From contig NC_087437.1 in assembly GCF_036321535.1 (NCBI RefSeq), positions 59,460,001 to 59,524,000 of the forward strand: a stretch of 64,000 nt of DNA, in the 5' to 3' direction. This document shows, one piece after another, positions 46,575 to 58,748 of the stretch (the stretch's first letter is position 1; every line of letters begins with the position of its first letter). This DNA comes from Camelus dromedarius (taxonomy: Eukaryota). The notes beneath the pieces were generated by a model. It was given only the letters and a program-made list of their open reading frames with translations, did not search any database and had not been told where the DNA came from. A program made the translations under genes and the position numbers.

Positions 46575-47800
46575 ATTGAAGAAAAAATGACTCAATGACA
46601 CTTTAAAGAACAATAAGGCAGACTTTATTCAGGGAGACCAACACCCTAGGTAGAGGTACTACTGCAATGGGGTTTTGCGGTGGGGGAGAGAGAGTGGGCT
46701 CAGCTCCAAATGCAGCATGGGCAAAGGGAGCTTACAGCTGGTGAGCAGGGCGGGGACCAGTGGATGGCGTTACTGAGAGACGTCAGGGATAAGTGGGGTT
46801 CTGGCAAAACTGCCTGAAAAGAATTCTTGCTGAAGTTACACCAGGTTGATCAGATATCAACTAGGGTCTGGTGGAGGGTGAGTACGATTCTGATCACCAA
46901 GTCCAATGTGTGGGAGTCTCCCCCCAACACTGCCACATGATTCTTCCACACCAGCTGGGTGTCTTATAATTCAACTCAGTTCTGATACCGTCTACCTGGA
47001 GATAGTATCAGAGTCCACAAGTCAAGGGCTCGGGCCCACAAGACTGCCCTTGACTTCAGATGCCAATCACCAGTCCAGGGTGTCACCCATGCTTTTGACT
47101 GACTAACTGTAAATCAGGGGTTCGCACACCACTTCCTTTGCTAGAGAGGCTCACAGAACACAGGGAAACATTTTACCTACTCCATTACTGGTTTATTATA
47201 AAAGGATATAACTCAGGGACAGCCAGATGGAAGAGGTGCACAGGGCAAGGCATGGAAGAGGAGAGCAATGCCTCTGTGACCTCTTCAGGCACCAGCCCCC
47301 GGCCCTGCACCTCCGTGTTTTTACCAGCCTGGAAGCTCTCGGAAGCCCATCCATTTGGGTGTTTATGGAGGTTTCATTACATAGGCATGATTAATTAAAT
47401 CATTGACCATTGGTGATGAATTCAGCCTCCAGGCTCTCTCCCCTCCCCTGGATGTTCCAAACCTTCCATCACATGGTTGGTTCCCCTGGCAACCAGCCCC
47501 CATCCTTGGGTGATTCCAAAAGTCACCTCATTAATATCAGCTCAGGTATGGTTGAAAGAGATTTGTTATGAATATTAACACACCTTTATATCTCTTATCA
47601 CTTAGGAAACTCCAAGGGTTTTAGCTGCTCTGTGCCAGAAAGGGCAAGCAAGACCAAATACATATTTCTTATTATAAATCACAACATCACAGTGAGGACC
47701 CTAATTAGACATCAAGAGGGATCAGACAGGGAGGATGAGGGGTTCTAGCTGAACTGATTTAGCAGGTTTGTTGCTAAAATTGGACAATGTAGAGACAAAC
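46575..47800 (-). mobile_element. ERV1 LTR (MER31-like), split by a MER21-like LTR
   Basis: tgaagaaaaaatgactcaatgacact...gactttattcagg...ctgcaatggggttttgcggtgggggagagagagtgggctcagctcc...gatcagatatca; resumes after 47696 with gatttagcaggtttgttgctaaaattgga. Confidence 0.7.
46883..47691 (-). mobile_element. Solo ERVL LTR (MER21-like) with 5-bp TSD
   Basis: caccagctgggtgtcttataattcaactcagttctgataccgtctacctggagatag...cacaagactgccc...ggtttattataaaaggatataactcagggacagccagatggaagag...tataaatcacaacatcaca; gtgag at 46878-46882 and 47692-47696. Confidence 0.85.
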
Positions 47801-49557
47801 AAGGAAACCAAGGAGAGAATCTTCCCCAATCCTCAGGGCTAAAACCTGTACTAAGCATATAACAGGTACTTAAAAATGTTTGTTTATCAACTGCATACAT
47901 GCTGGAGCCACAGAAGGGAGCTTTCACTACTTCCTGACATTTCCAACTCCAGCATCTTTATGTTTGTAGAACTCTCGGTGGGTTCTGATTAAGTGCCTGG
48001 CGTCTGCAGTGCGGTGGGGTGTCAGGAATAACCGGGTAATGGCTTCCACAGCCAGCCTCGATTTTAGAGGAGATCCGGGGGATAAAGGGATAGAGGTAGT
48101 TTTAAAGGGGGAGAGGTGAGCTGACTGTGCCTTGGGCTTGCAGGAAGGAAGGAAGGAGACCTCAGAGAGCTGATTTGGACATGGGAAGAGGGCCTAGGGC
48201 TTAACTGTAGAAGGGCTGGTGGAAGCAACTTGGCCTTTTAGTCGTTTATCAAACATGCGCTTGCCTCTTCTTTGTGATGAGTTTCCTGGAAAAGTATTGC
48301 ATCTCTGTGGAGAAAAAGGGCTCCTCCTGGGTGAGTTCTTTCCAGGAAGTCATTTGAAGGAATGAATTGCAATCCAAGTGTGCAGATGGCCAAAGGCACA
48401 ATGTGCCACTGCTGCACAGTACCCTCCCTCCCCCTGGAAGAGAGCAACCCCAGCCTTGGGGTTCCACTGGGACCATTTCTGCCTACTCGTAAGGACACGC
48501 CCGCAGTGTGCTGCAGAGGAAAGGTGTGGCTGCTCAGAGGTGGGAGTCTCCGGAGGAGGTGACGGGGGCTGGACCTTGAAAAGTGGCATGTACCTGGCTG
48601 TATGCAGAGCAGCATCTTCAAAGGCGAGGAGGCAGTGGTGTTGTGTGTGGAGCTGCTCTTCCTGTTTGGTTTGAGCAGGAAGGCGCAGCTGAGGTGGGAA
48701 TCTCAGTCCGGGCCTGCTCAGTGATTTCTGTGTCCTTCCTTTTGAGTTTTTTGACTTCTAACAGAGGGAATTGAGTTAATGACACTCTCCAGTTCATGAC
48801 ACATTGTCATCATTGGTCCCTACAAATTCCTTCTTTCTTTTATTTATTTAATCCCATTTCCCCATCCATTCTAATACACTTGACGTCTTTTGTTCTGTTA
48901 GGACATGTTCTTGTATAAGGTGTTGTTGTTGGGTTGCTTAGAAGTCATATTTTAATGTATATAAATGAGATTGGGTTTTCTCTGTCTCACTCTGCTTCTG
49001 ACTTTTTATTCGGCACTATGGTTTATGCCATGTGTGCATCTGGGCAATGACTTGCACCCACTGCATGTACTGCATGACATCTATCCATGACATTTTGCCT
49101 GTCTGTCTCCTGGGGTGGACATTCATGTTGCCCACAACTGGCTCCTTTGCAAAGGAATGCTACTTTGGGAGCTGCCTTTGGGCAGGCTGACAACCTCACA
49201 GGGACGACACATGCTCATCCGTCGACAAGCAACTTGTGAGCTCAGCTGGATGTGTCTAGTCAGAGCGGAAGCAGCTGTGACTTCAGATCCTGAAGGATCT
49301 GCAAGGCTGCTTACAGGACATCCACATTCATGGTAACCATGTAATGTGGCAATGCATGGGACAAACATTAGGTCTCATTCCTGGCTTTGAAAGACAATGT
49401 GTTCTTTATGCATAATAGGAAGTTTAGGAAGCAAATCCAGGATGTCTGTTTTCCTGAAGGTTGGCCTATGAGTAAACATGGTGTTTGGTTTGATGTGGGG
49501 ATGGGCTTGGGCAGCACATACTCACAGCAACCAAGAGGGGATGGAATGAAACTGGGA

Positions 49558-49595
49558 GTGTGTGTGTGTGTGTGTGTGTGTCAGAGAGAGAGAGA
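49558..49595. repeat. Compound (TG)n(AG)n microsatellite
   Basis: Directly visible in the sequence. Confidence 0.9.
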
Positions 49596-50439
49596 GGGAG
49601 GGTGACTAGGCTAGAGTAAAGGGTGGAAGAGGGACAGGGCCTCGTTAGGAAAGACTGTCTTTCTTCCCTCTTACCTGTCCATCATTATCATGACTTAGAG
49701 ATAAACTTCTGCTGGGTCCCAGTTAAAGCTTCTAAAGGAAGAGCATGCAGAATAAGCTGTTATTCTTTAACAGAGCTGGATCCTGTCTGTGCTTCCTGTA
49801 TCTCCAGAAAATGTGTTTTTGATTTGGGGAAACAACTACATTCACGAAGAATCCAGTGGCCCTCCCCCTCATTGGTGTGTCTTTCCATCTGATGCTGCAG
49901 ATGGATTTGGGCAGCTGGAGATACTGTTTTTCTTCTCAACGTCCTCCTTTCCAGCTGGTCAGGGTGGCTCTGACTTCAGGCTGGACGAGGTAAGAGAGGG
50001 TGGGGAACCACAAGAAGCAGTCATGGAATTCCAGGCATTTCCTCCTCCAACTCCAGGATCTGCAGGCAAAGGCTAAAAGGGAATGAGCAGGTTGCAGACT
50101 AAACCCCTCAGAACTCCTAGGAATCCCAAATTTACTTTGATCAATTAATTCTCTTCCTGCAAGCCAGATCCTTCAGACAACCCTGTCAGCAAAACAATTA
50201 AAGTGGTCCCACCGTTGCCTTGCTGCAGAGGGCAGGGGCAATACTGACATTAAGCATTAGAGATTCACTAAGGCTTACTGGCTGTTTCTGGACATGGAGG
50301 GGGCCCATGCACATTTTTTTCACCACTGTCCCACAACATCTAGTATAGTGCCTGACACAGACTATATTTTGTCCTACATAGTCCTACGCCCTCTGGTTCT
50401 TTCCATTTTTCCCACTGCTCAAGATGCTTCTGCCCAATT

Positions 50440-50912
50440 GGTCTTTTGATCATTCTAACATGGCCAGCCTATTCCTAGTCCTACCTCAGGGCCTTTGCAC
50501 CTGCTGTAACTGCTTCCTAGGACTTTTTACCCCCCAGATTTTTAAATGGCTGGCCCCCTGTCCCCATTACAGTCCCAGCTCTAGCATCACCTTCTCAGGG
50601 AAGCCTTCCCTAATAATCCCAGCTAAAGGGCCCCCTCTTGACTTCCTTGCCCCAATAATCCTGGCCGTTCTCTATTCCATTACTCTGTTCTATTTTCTTT
50701 ATAGCACTTGCCATTGTGTAAGATTCTGTTGCTTATATAATTATTTAGGTATTTATTGCCATCTCTCCCTCTGGACCACATGCTCAATGAAAGTAGGGAC
50801 ATTGTCTTGCTCACCACTGTTTCCCCAGGGCCTACACAATGCCTAGTATAAAGTATGGGCTTAATAAGCATTTGGCAAATCAATCAATGAATGAATAACT
50901 GAATGAGTAAAT
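50440..50912 (+). mobile_element. LINE-2 (L2a-like) 3' end
   Basis: cctacctcagggcctttgcacctgctgt...catcaccttctcagggaagccttccct...tcaccactgtttccccagggcctacacaatgccta...caatcaatgaatgaat. Confidence 0.85.
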
Positions 50913-51894
50913 GAGGCGGCCCAGTGGAAAAGAATCTGGAGAGGGGGATGAAAACACTTAGCATAAAATCCTTGTTCCCTTCATGGGAGCTATTGATTCT
51001 GCAAAAGCCCCTTCATCTCTTTGAGTCCCAGCTTCCTTCTCAGAAAAATGAGGGAAAGATGTGAAAGCTCCTTATAAGAGGCGAGGCTCTGCCCACTGGT
51101 AGTTGTTAAGGTTGTGCTCGGTGGGGACACACATCTCCAACTGGGGTGTAGAGGAACTGAATGGTTTGGCTGCCTTGTGTGTTTCTGTTATCCTATCAAG
51201 CAGCCATTGAGGGTTTCCGGAGCATCATTAGATGCCCAGGACTCCTGGGAACTGGGGTCTGCACAGGAGGTGGGGCCTGGCCCTTGATTTAATTGGAGGC
51301 AATTAGTGAGCAATGTTGGCCAGCTCTTTATTAGTCATAAGTCTAATGAGCTGAAATGGAGCAAGGCTGAAAAAAATCCATTAACACTAACCATATTTAC
51401 ACTTCTATTGTCAGCCGCACCATTTGTTGGTTTAAAACAAGTTGACTTTAATTTATGAGTGTCATTATTTCTGTCTGGGAGAGATAAAGAACCTGCATTT
51501 TTGAAGTATGCGTGCAATGATTATAGCTGAAGGGGACCCATGCCTGTGCTTGGTAGATATTTTTCTAAACCAGTCACTGTCAGCATGGTAGAATTTTCAC
51601 TCATTCTAAGAAAGAAGCAGACTCCACTCTTCACTTTGAAAGAAGATCTCAGGAACTATGTTTGCTGAGAGACTTCCTTTTTCATCTTAACTGTTGCTCA
51701 GATACACCAGGAACCCTAATCCTTGGGGAGATAGGACTTGAAGGATCAGAAGGAGAAGAGTGAGGTGTGAGCCGGCAGGCTCAAGCCTCGCAAGCTGGGA
51801 GGAGTATGGGATGAGGAGGCTGGCCTGCCTGGAGTGGGGGTTCGTGCTGAAAGGCAGCAGGAGACGCTGTTGGGAGGCTTTGAGTGCCAATACG

Positions 51895-52515
51895 AGGAAT
51901 GTCGTGGTACATTGTATTTTTCAAAGATGGCTGCAACATGTCCAGCCTGCATGCTCTTCTCAATACTTGACCTCGGCACCCCTCCCATTGAGTGGCACTC
52001 TATCTCCTTGAACCTGGACAGAGTTTTGTGACTGCCTCGACCTCTAGAGTATGGCAGAAGAGGTGTCACATGAATTCTGAGGCGAGGTTGTAAAAATTCC
52101 ACACACCTCCATTTTCTCTCTTGGGATACTTCCTCTTAGAACCCAGTCGCCATGCTCTGAAGAGTCCCAAACTAGCCCAGGTTGAGAGCTCACGTGGAAA
52201 GGTCATGCATAGGTGTTCTGGCAGCCTCCCAGCTGAAGACCTGCTGACAGCCAGCATCAATCACCAGACACTGTAGTGAAGATAACTCCAGATCCTTCCA
52301 GCATCTAGCTGTTGAGTAACACTCCTCCTCCACCCTGTCTTCATGTCTTCTCAGATAAGGCCCCAGATATTCTGGAACAGTGATAAACCACCCCGGTTGA
52401 TCATTATTTAAATTCCTAACTCTTACCATCTGCAAAATAATGATTATTTTGTGTCAGCCTCAAGATGGTCTCGGCGGGTGGTTTGTTATGCAGCAAGAGT
52501 CACTGGAACAAATGC
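51895..52515 (+). mobile_element. ERVL-MaLR LTR (MLT1G/F-like)
   Basis: tcaaagatggctgcaac...ccttgaacctggacagagttttgtgactgcctcgacc...tagagtatggcagaag...agaacccagtcgccatgct...gacagccagcatcaatcaccagaca...ggtttgttatgcagcaa. Confidence 0.8.
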
Positions 52516-55500
52516 ATACTTCAGTGGGAGGCCAACAGAGGATGGGAGCAGAGAGACGTGCTCCCTGAGCAGCTGGTCTCAGTGAGAGTCACAGCGGTCA
52601 TCTCTGTTTTCATGGATAAACACGAGGCAGGTGGTACAGAGATGGCCATCCCTCTTCACAGGTGAGGAAACTGAGATGCATTGAGACTTGCTAGCCCAAG
52701 GCCCTATAAGTGGCCAAGTAAGTGGCAGCAGATCCAGCCAATATCTCCCACATCCTGCAAGGCGTCATCTAGTCCCTCCTCCTGTACTTGCCTCACCCCT
52801 CCCTGTCTCCTGTCATTCCCTAATAGACGAGGAAGCTGGCCAGAGTCTTGATGCTTTGTTCAAAGTCCCTGGAGCAAGTGAACAACACCCAGTCTCTGAG
52901 AACTCCCTCTTCTCCACCACCCTGCCGGGCACTCTGGGGCTTCCAGGGACATGGGCTTCTCTGGTTGGCTACAGTTAGCCTGGTGTCCTAGGTCCACCAT
53001 GACTGTGGTCATGTCTAGACTAACTCCTCATCCTACCTCTGGGACAGCCCAGAGCCTAGCCATTCTTGAAGGCCCGTCCCACTTGCTACCTCCTCAGTAA
53101 AGCCTTCTCTGATGTTCGCGTCATTAATAATTCATCGCTCTCTCCCTGAACTCCAATAGCACTTTGCTCATAACTCTATCAGAGTGTATTATATGGAGGT
53201 ATCTCCACTGACTTGTTTAGTCATTAGTGCTGTCCACTGGGTCTTTAGCTGGGCTGTTGCTAGAACACCTGCTCATGGCCTCTCCTTGGAGTCTCTCCTC
53301 ATTAGCATCAACAAATAAATCAACATTTATGAACTAGAAATGCATCTGCAGTTCCAACCAATCAGCGGGAGAATGTATGTGTGTCTGAGGGGAGAGATGG
53401 AGGCCATGTGAGTGGGTTTGGAGGTGGAGAGGGAGGGAGGAAAGCAGGCATTAAAACTAGATGACTTTTCATTTTCCTCTCCCCCCTTGAGAATCTGGCT
53501 TTTCATCTGACAGTCTTTCACATGACCCACGATAACAGTCTCTCTGCCAACACATCCTGCCAAAAAGCTGACTATTAGGGCCACGGTAGCCAGGAACTGA
53601 GCTTTAAGGGCTGCAGTGAATGTTGACCGAGAACCAGCAGTGCGCTCAGCCCATGTGAGGTCAGGGCTGTCCGCAGCAGGTCTGGGCAGGGTCAGGCGTA
53701 TCCACGATGGCCTGCAGAGGCTGGGTCAGCCTGTACTTGTGGTTTTAATGCTGAGTCAGAAGTCAGAAGGCCTAGGGCAGATCTCAGCTGGGCCACTCCC
53801 TTCAGTGAGCATTTGATGAGCTTCGGTCTACCATGTGCTGCCCCTGGGCTGGGCCCAGCAGGGCACAACTGAGTAAGACTCAATCTCTCTATACGAGCTG
53901 GAGCTTGCACAGAACTTGGAAATGTATGTAACTTCTCTTCGGCTTCTTTTTCTTGTCTGTAAAAATTGAGCAAAGGTGAAAACATTTCACATGGTGGGCA
54001 CGTGGCACTCCACATATCCTGATCAAAACCGAATATTCTCCGACCCTTACTGCGTGGATTTCCCTTTCTCAGAAGGATGGCCAAACGGACCAGCAGAGCT
54101 TCAGCAAGTCAATAATTGTTAAGATATTTACCAAGCCTGGCTGGCAACATGGAAAGCACGAAAAATAAGTGAGCTTTCAGAATGAAGGGATTAAGAAGAA
54201 AAAACCTCAACTGGGAGGGCCACGAAGGAAAACAGTTACTTGAGAAAGGAAAAGGAATAAACAATGATAACTAGTCAGATTCCTTCCTCAACTCTTCTTT
54301 AGTTTCTTTTTTCTCGAGAAGCTCAAATCACTTACCAGCTCACCCCGGGGTGACTTCTCCTCTGCTTCTGTGATGAGCATGGGTCAGGCGGGGAAGGACA
54401 GAGGAGACTCTGCTGCTGCAGCGGGGCTCCGGGGACAGTGGAAAGAGAACAAGCAATGGAGGGGCGTACCTGTGTCGGAGACCCATCTCCAGGTAAGTCT
54501 TTTTCTTTCACAGTCTCAGAGTTCTCATCGCATCTGTAACAGGTGGGGTGGTCACCCTGGCCCTGCTCCCCACTACTGCCTTTGACCCAGCCATCTCCCC
54601 TTCCCCAATCCAGGCTTCCTGCTGGACACCCCTCCTGACTCTGGTTTCTCCTCTACTCCCCCTTCCAAACCAGAGCCTCCATGTGAGTCACCCTCCTTTT
54701 GGGGCCACAACTGATCCTTCTCCAAAAATGCTTCTTCCTCTGGCTCTTGGCAAGTCCTCCGTTCCTGAGTATCCCGAACGCCAGTGCCCGAAGGCACATT
54801 AGGGTTGCTTCAGTGCCGTCCTCTCAACACTGCCTGCTCCACGGGGGTCCTTCTCCATATCAAGCCTGGGCTCACCCCAAGCCAACTAAGGCAGGCATCC
54901 AGGGTCTTCTAGAAGCTCCCCTGGTGGCTCAAAGGTGTGTCCAGGGCTGAGAACTAAAGGTGGCCTGGACCCCTCTGTCCCATGTGGATTCAAACTATCT
55001 CTTCTTGTCATAAAAACAAACTTGTGAACCTTCCAAAGTCACTCTTACCAACATTTCCTAGGTTTGGTTTACTGTGGTTTCCTTTTTTTTTCCTTTTCTT
55101 TTTAAAATTTTAGACCTGAAGTGGGGAGGGCTGAGTTAATGCTATTTCTCAGGTCCTAGTACATTCAAAATTGGATGAAAGATTATCCCTGTGGCCCTGT
55201 TCATTCTGTCTTTACCCACAGATCACCATTTTAAGGTGCTTGTGTTCATCTTTTTACTTGCATGTATTCTTACGAAAGATGTGTTCTTTTGGTACATGTG
55301 CTTTTACTCCTGGGACACATTATATGGCTCATTCTATGTTGGCGACTTGTCTTTCTGACACATGTGCATTTTCACACAGACCATCCAGCCTCTTCCTGGG
55401 CTTCTTCCCTGAGCTCACTATTTCCCTTTCTGAGAGAAATGAGACAGATACTCCTCTGGGCCCAGAACTGTGGTGGAATATGTACATATCCTCCCATCCA

Positions 55501-56752
55501 AGAGCCCTGTATGGGAAGTTGGACAGAGATGCAGGGGTAAGAGTGCCTGGTTTCCCACAGACCAGCGGACTTGACCTTACACCCAGAACAGAGGCACTGG
55601 TCTCTGAGTTCCGGGAGGCTGCGGTCTGCGTGTTAGCATTCAACAGACAGTTGCCCCACCCACCTTGTCCCGTTGGCCCTGGTTTCACAACTGCTGATAT
55701 GTCATCCTAAGTTCCTGGTCACTTGGGAAGACGACCCAGAGCACCATTCTATCTGCCCTGATCACCCTGAGCTGCTGCTCATCGGGGCACTTGTGCACTC
55801 CCAGGGACAGCCGGGCGCCCTGGACCGATGGGGCTGATGCGCTCCGCCCCAAGGGCTGGAGCTGAGAGGTCTCTTTACAGTGCCCACAGTGGAGCCTGGT
55901 GCTGAGACCCAGAGCTGAGCCGTGTCTCTGACCATCTGACTTGATCTTGAAAGGACTGCATTCTCCTGCTACTCGCTGGCAGATTCTGGCTTGGGGCATG
56001 CTTTCTGAAGCTGGCTGTCTCATTAACCCCAACCTGCTGGCTTTGGTATCCAGCTGGATCAGTTTTATGGCCAACAGAGCAAACAGTTACACTGAGCTAG
56101 AGCAAATGAATTATCTTTGGTCTTTATACGCAAAAATGAAACAAAATGTTTCTGGTTTTGTGTTGGTAGTGATGTATCTGGGCAGAGGGCCAGTGTGTTA
56201 GACCCAGTCCAAGCCCCTTCTCTTGCAGGGCTGAAGCTAAGGCCAAAGAGACTTGCTCAGGGTGATGGAGTTAGCAGAAGAGCCCCCCGTAGCACTCAGG
56301 TGTCCTCATCCCGAGGCTCATCTTTCCAGGCACCAGCCTTTGTCCCAGATTTGATCACCCACAGGGTGTTTGTCCTCGTCTTTCAATGATCAGATTCCCT
56401 GCAGGACAGTCGCAACTTTCTCTCCTGTGCTGTGTTGTTGAGCACAGATCACAGAATGTGAATGGTTTTGCCTTGTATTTTCGTCCTGGTCTTTCCTTGG
56501 ATAAGCTGTGTGAACTAGGATATGTGATTTCAAATCTTTGAGCTTCAGTTTCTAGACCCAGGAGAAAGGCATAACAAAAGCTATAACATATGCATCAAGA
56601 GTCTTAAAATATCTGTGTCCTTAAACTCAGTGATCTGACTCTGCAGTTATCCTGTAAAATAACCCAAAATGCATAAAAAGCTTTACGCTCAAAAATGTCC
56701 ATCGCCATTACATATTATGTCTAAGATTTTTCTTTTTAAGAATAACTTTTTG

Positions 56753-56884
56753 TTTTCAAAAAAATTTTGGGGTGAATAATTAGGTATTTATTTATTTATT
56801 ATTTAAATGGAAATACTGAGAATTAAACCCAGGACCTCCTGCATGCTAAGCATGCGCTCTACCACTGAGCTATACCCTCCCTCC
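56753..56884 (-). mobile_element. tRNA-Ala-derived SINE (Vic-1-type) inserted into an old L1 fragment (~56575-57090)
   Basis: Reverse complement reads ggagggagggtatagctcagtggtagagcgcatgcttagcatgcaggaggtcctgggtttaattctcag; imperfect TSD aagaataactttttg / aagaacactttttg. Confidence 0.9.
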
Positions 56885-58564
56885 AAGAACACTTTTTGAT
56901 AGCATGAGAAAATGCTTATGTTACGCTGAGTTTTAAAAAATTGCTTAAAAAAAAAAGAAGAAAAAAATAAACCAAAAATGACTTGGGTTGTTTAGGAGAT
57001 GGGCTTATAGATAATTTTTTTCCTTATTCTTTTCTGCACTTTCCAAAATGTTTGCAGTGTATATACATGACTTTTATCAGCAGGGAAAAAAATCTTTAAA
57101 TCATCAAGCATCAAAGATGAGAGAGAAAGGATTAAACATCTAGCTGCTTTACTGTCTTCTAAGCATTTTCTTCACCATCTATTATCAGATTTCACAACAT
57201 CCCCAAGAGTCAGGTATGACTTGAACTCTGCTTACAAATGAGGATGCTGGGGAGAAAGGTGAAGAGACTGTTTCCACCTGTGAGTGGGGAACAGCAGGGG
57301 GACAGAACTCCTGGCTTCAGTGGCAGAGCCCCTCCTGTCATGTGCCCCGCCCCTCGGAGCCTCAAGACTAACCAGGGAGGGGGCACGGTAACGGTGAGGC
57401 ACCTTATCTAAGCGGGGCAGATGCCTCCCACTTGAGGCAGAAGAGGAACCTGAGGTTCTTGACCCCTTTTCTCTGACCAAAGCAGAGGAAGGGAAGACAG
57501 GGGAGCCCCACAGGAGAGGCTGCCTGGGGTCTGGGTGACTTGGCCTGGGCTTCTTAGAGCTGGGCTGGGAGCTGAGCAGTGACAACTGGGGTGGGGGGCA
57601 GGTTGGGGTAGGAAGGGAGTCATGGGTGCCAGGGACCAGGCAGAACACTTCACGTCTTCACTGGCAGCACTGAAGAGCCCTGGTCTAGAAGATGATAGCA
57701 GCTTGCCCATCTGGGCAGCCTTTCTGCCAGGGGTTGTGGTGCCAGCGAGGGGCAGAAAGTCCATCAAAGGTCCTTGATGGTTCCATTTGCCTTAACGCCT
57801 GCTTCCTGCTCATTCTAGCCTTTCTTGCAACCTCAGCAGCTCCCTGAGAGAGGAATGCAGGCCTGGTGGCTCTGAGTTAGGAGAGCTCAGGCAGAAGGAC
57901 AGAAGCTGTCTTTGAAGCTCCCTCAGAGGTTAGCAGGAGAGGGAGCAGGTGAGCTGGGCTCCTGGGGTTGTCTGCAGCCAGAGCTGAGGGTCCGGTGCTG
58001 GGAAAGTGTGTATCTCTCCCTCCAGAGCCGGGGAAGGGGAGGGATTTGGAGGTTTTGAACCCTCGCTTGAGTAGTGACTCTGCATCTAGCCCTGTCTAGG
58101 AGGCACCATTTTGCAACAGCCCCTCCTGTTTGACTGTCTTGGGACAAGGTTGACATTCTTGTGAGGCCCTGTTGGAGCTTTGCAATATGTGGATGGTGGC
58201 TGTCTACACCATCGGTGCTTCACAGGACAAGACGGCACCCTGCAGTGAGAGTGGGAAGGTGTTCCTGGCCAGAGTGGGGAAGATACAGGGTAAAGTGTTC
58301 TGGCACAGTCCATTTGGCTTGAGTGTGGACAAGAAGGGTGAGCTGTGGGGAGGAAGTCCTAAAAGAGAGGAAGGTCAGGTTGTGGGAGGCCTGAGGCCCT
58401 CTTGAGCTTGGGAGGGCGGAATGAGACTGGCTGTGAGGGCACGTGGTAAACACCAAGGCAGGCAGCACACAAGAGAGGGCCGTGGTGTGACTCAGCTGTT
58501 TACTGAGGATGGATAGTCTTCATGCACAACCAGCTCCGGGATGCCTGGCAGTGCAGAGTACTTG

Positions 58565-58748
58565 CCAGTGGCTCTCAGGAGCAAGATGCTTCAGAATTTC
58601 CTGGGAACTTGTTTAAAGTGCAGATTGCAGAGTCCGTCTCTGAAATTCTGTTTCAGGTCTGGGACAATGCCTAGAAATAAACATTTTAACAATTTCCCCC
58701 AGATGATTCTGAAGCGTGTGGTCCATGGACCACACTTGGGGATCACTC
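58565..58748. mobile_element. hAT-Charlie MITE (MER5-like)
   Basis: ccagtggctctca...cctgggaacttgtttaaagtgcagatt...caggtctggga...cattttaacaatttcccccagatgattctgaagc...ggaccacacttgg. Confidence 0.75.

Noticed and set aside
50222..50235. Additional CTCF-like matches (GCTGCAGAGGGCAG here; CCAGCGAGGGGCAG near 57742)
   Set aside because: Each has two mismatches to the core; matches of this quality are expected by chance in 64 kb.
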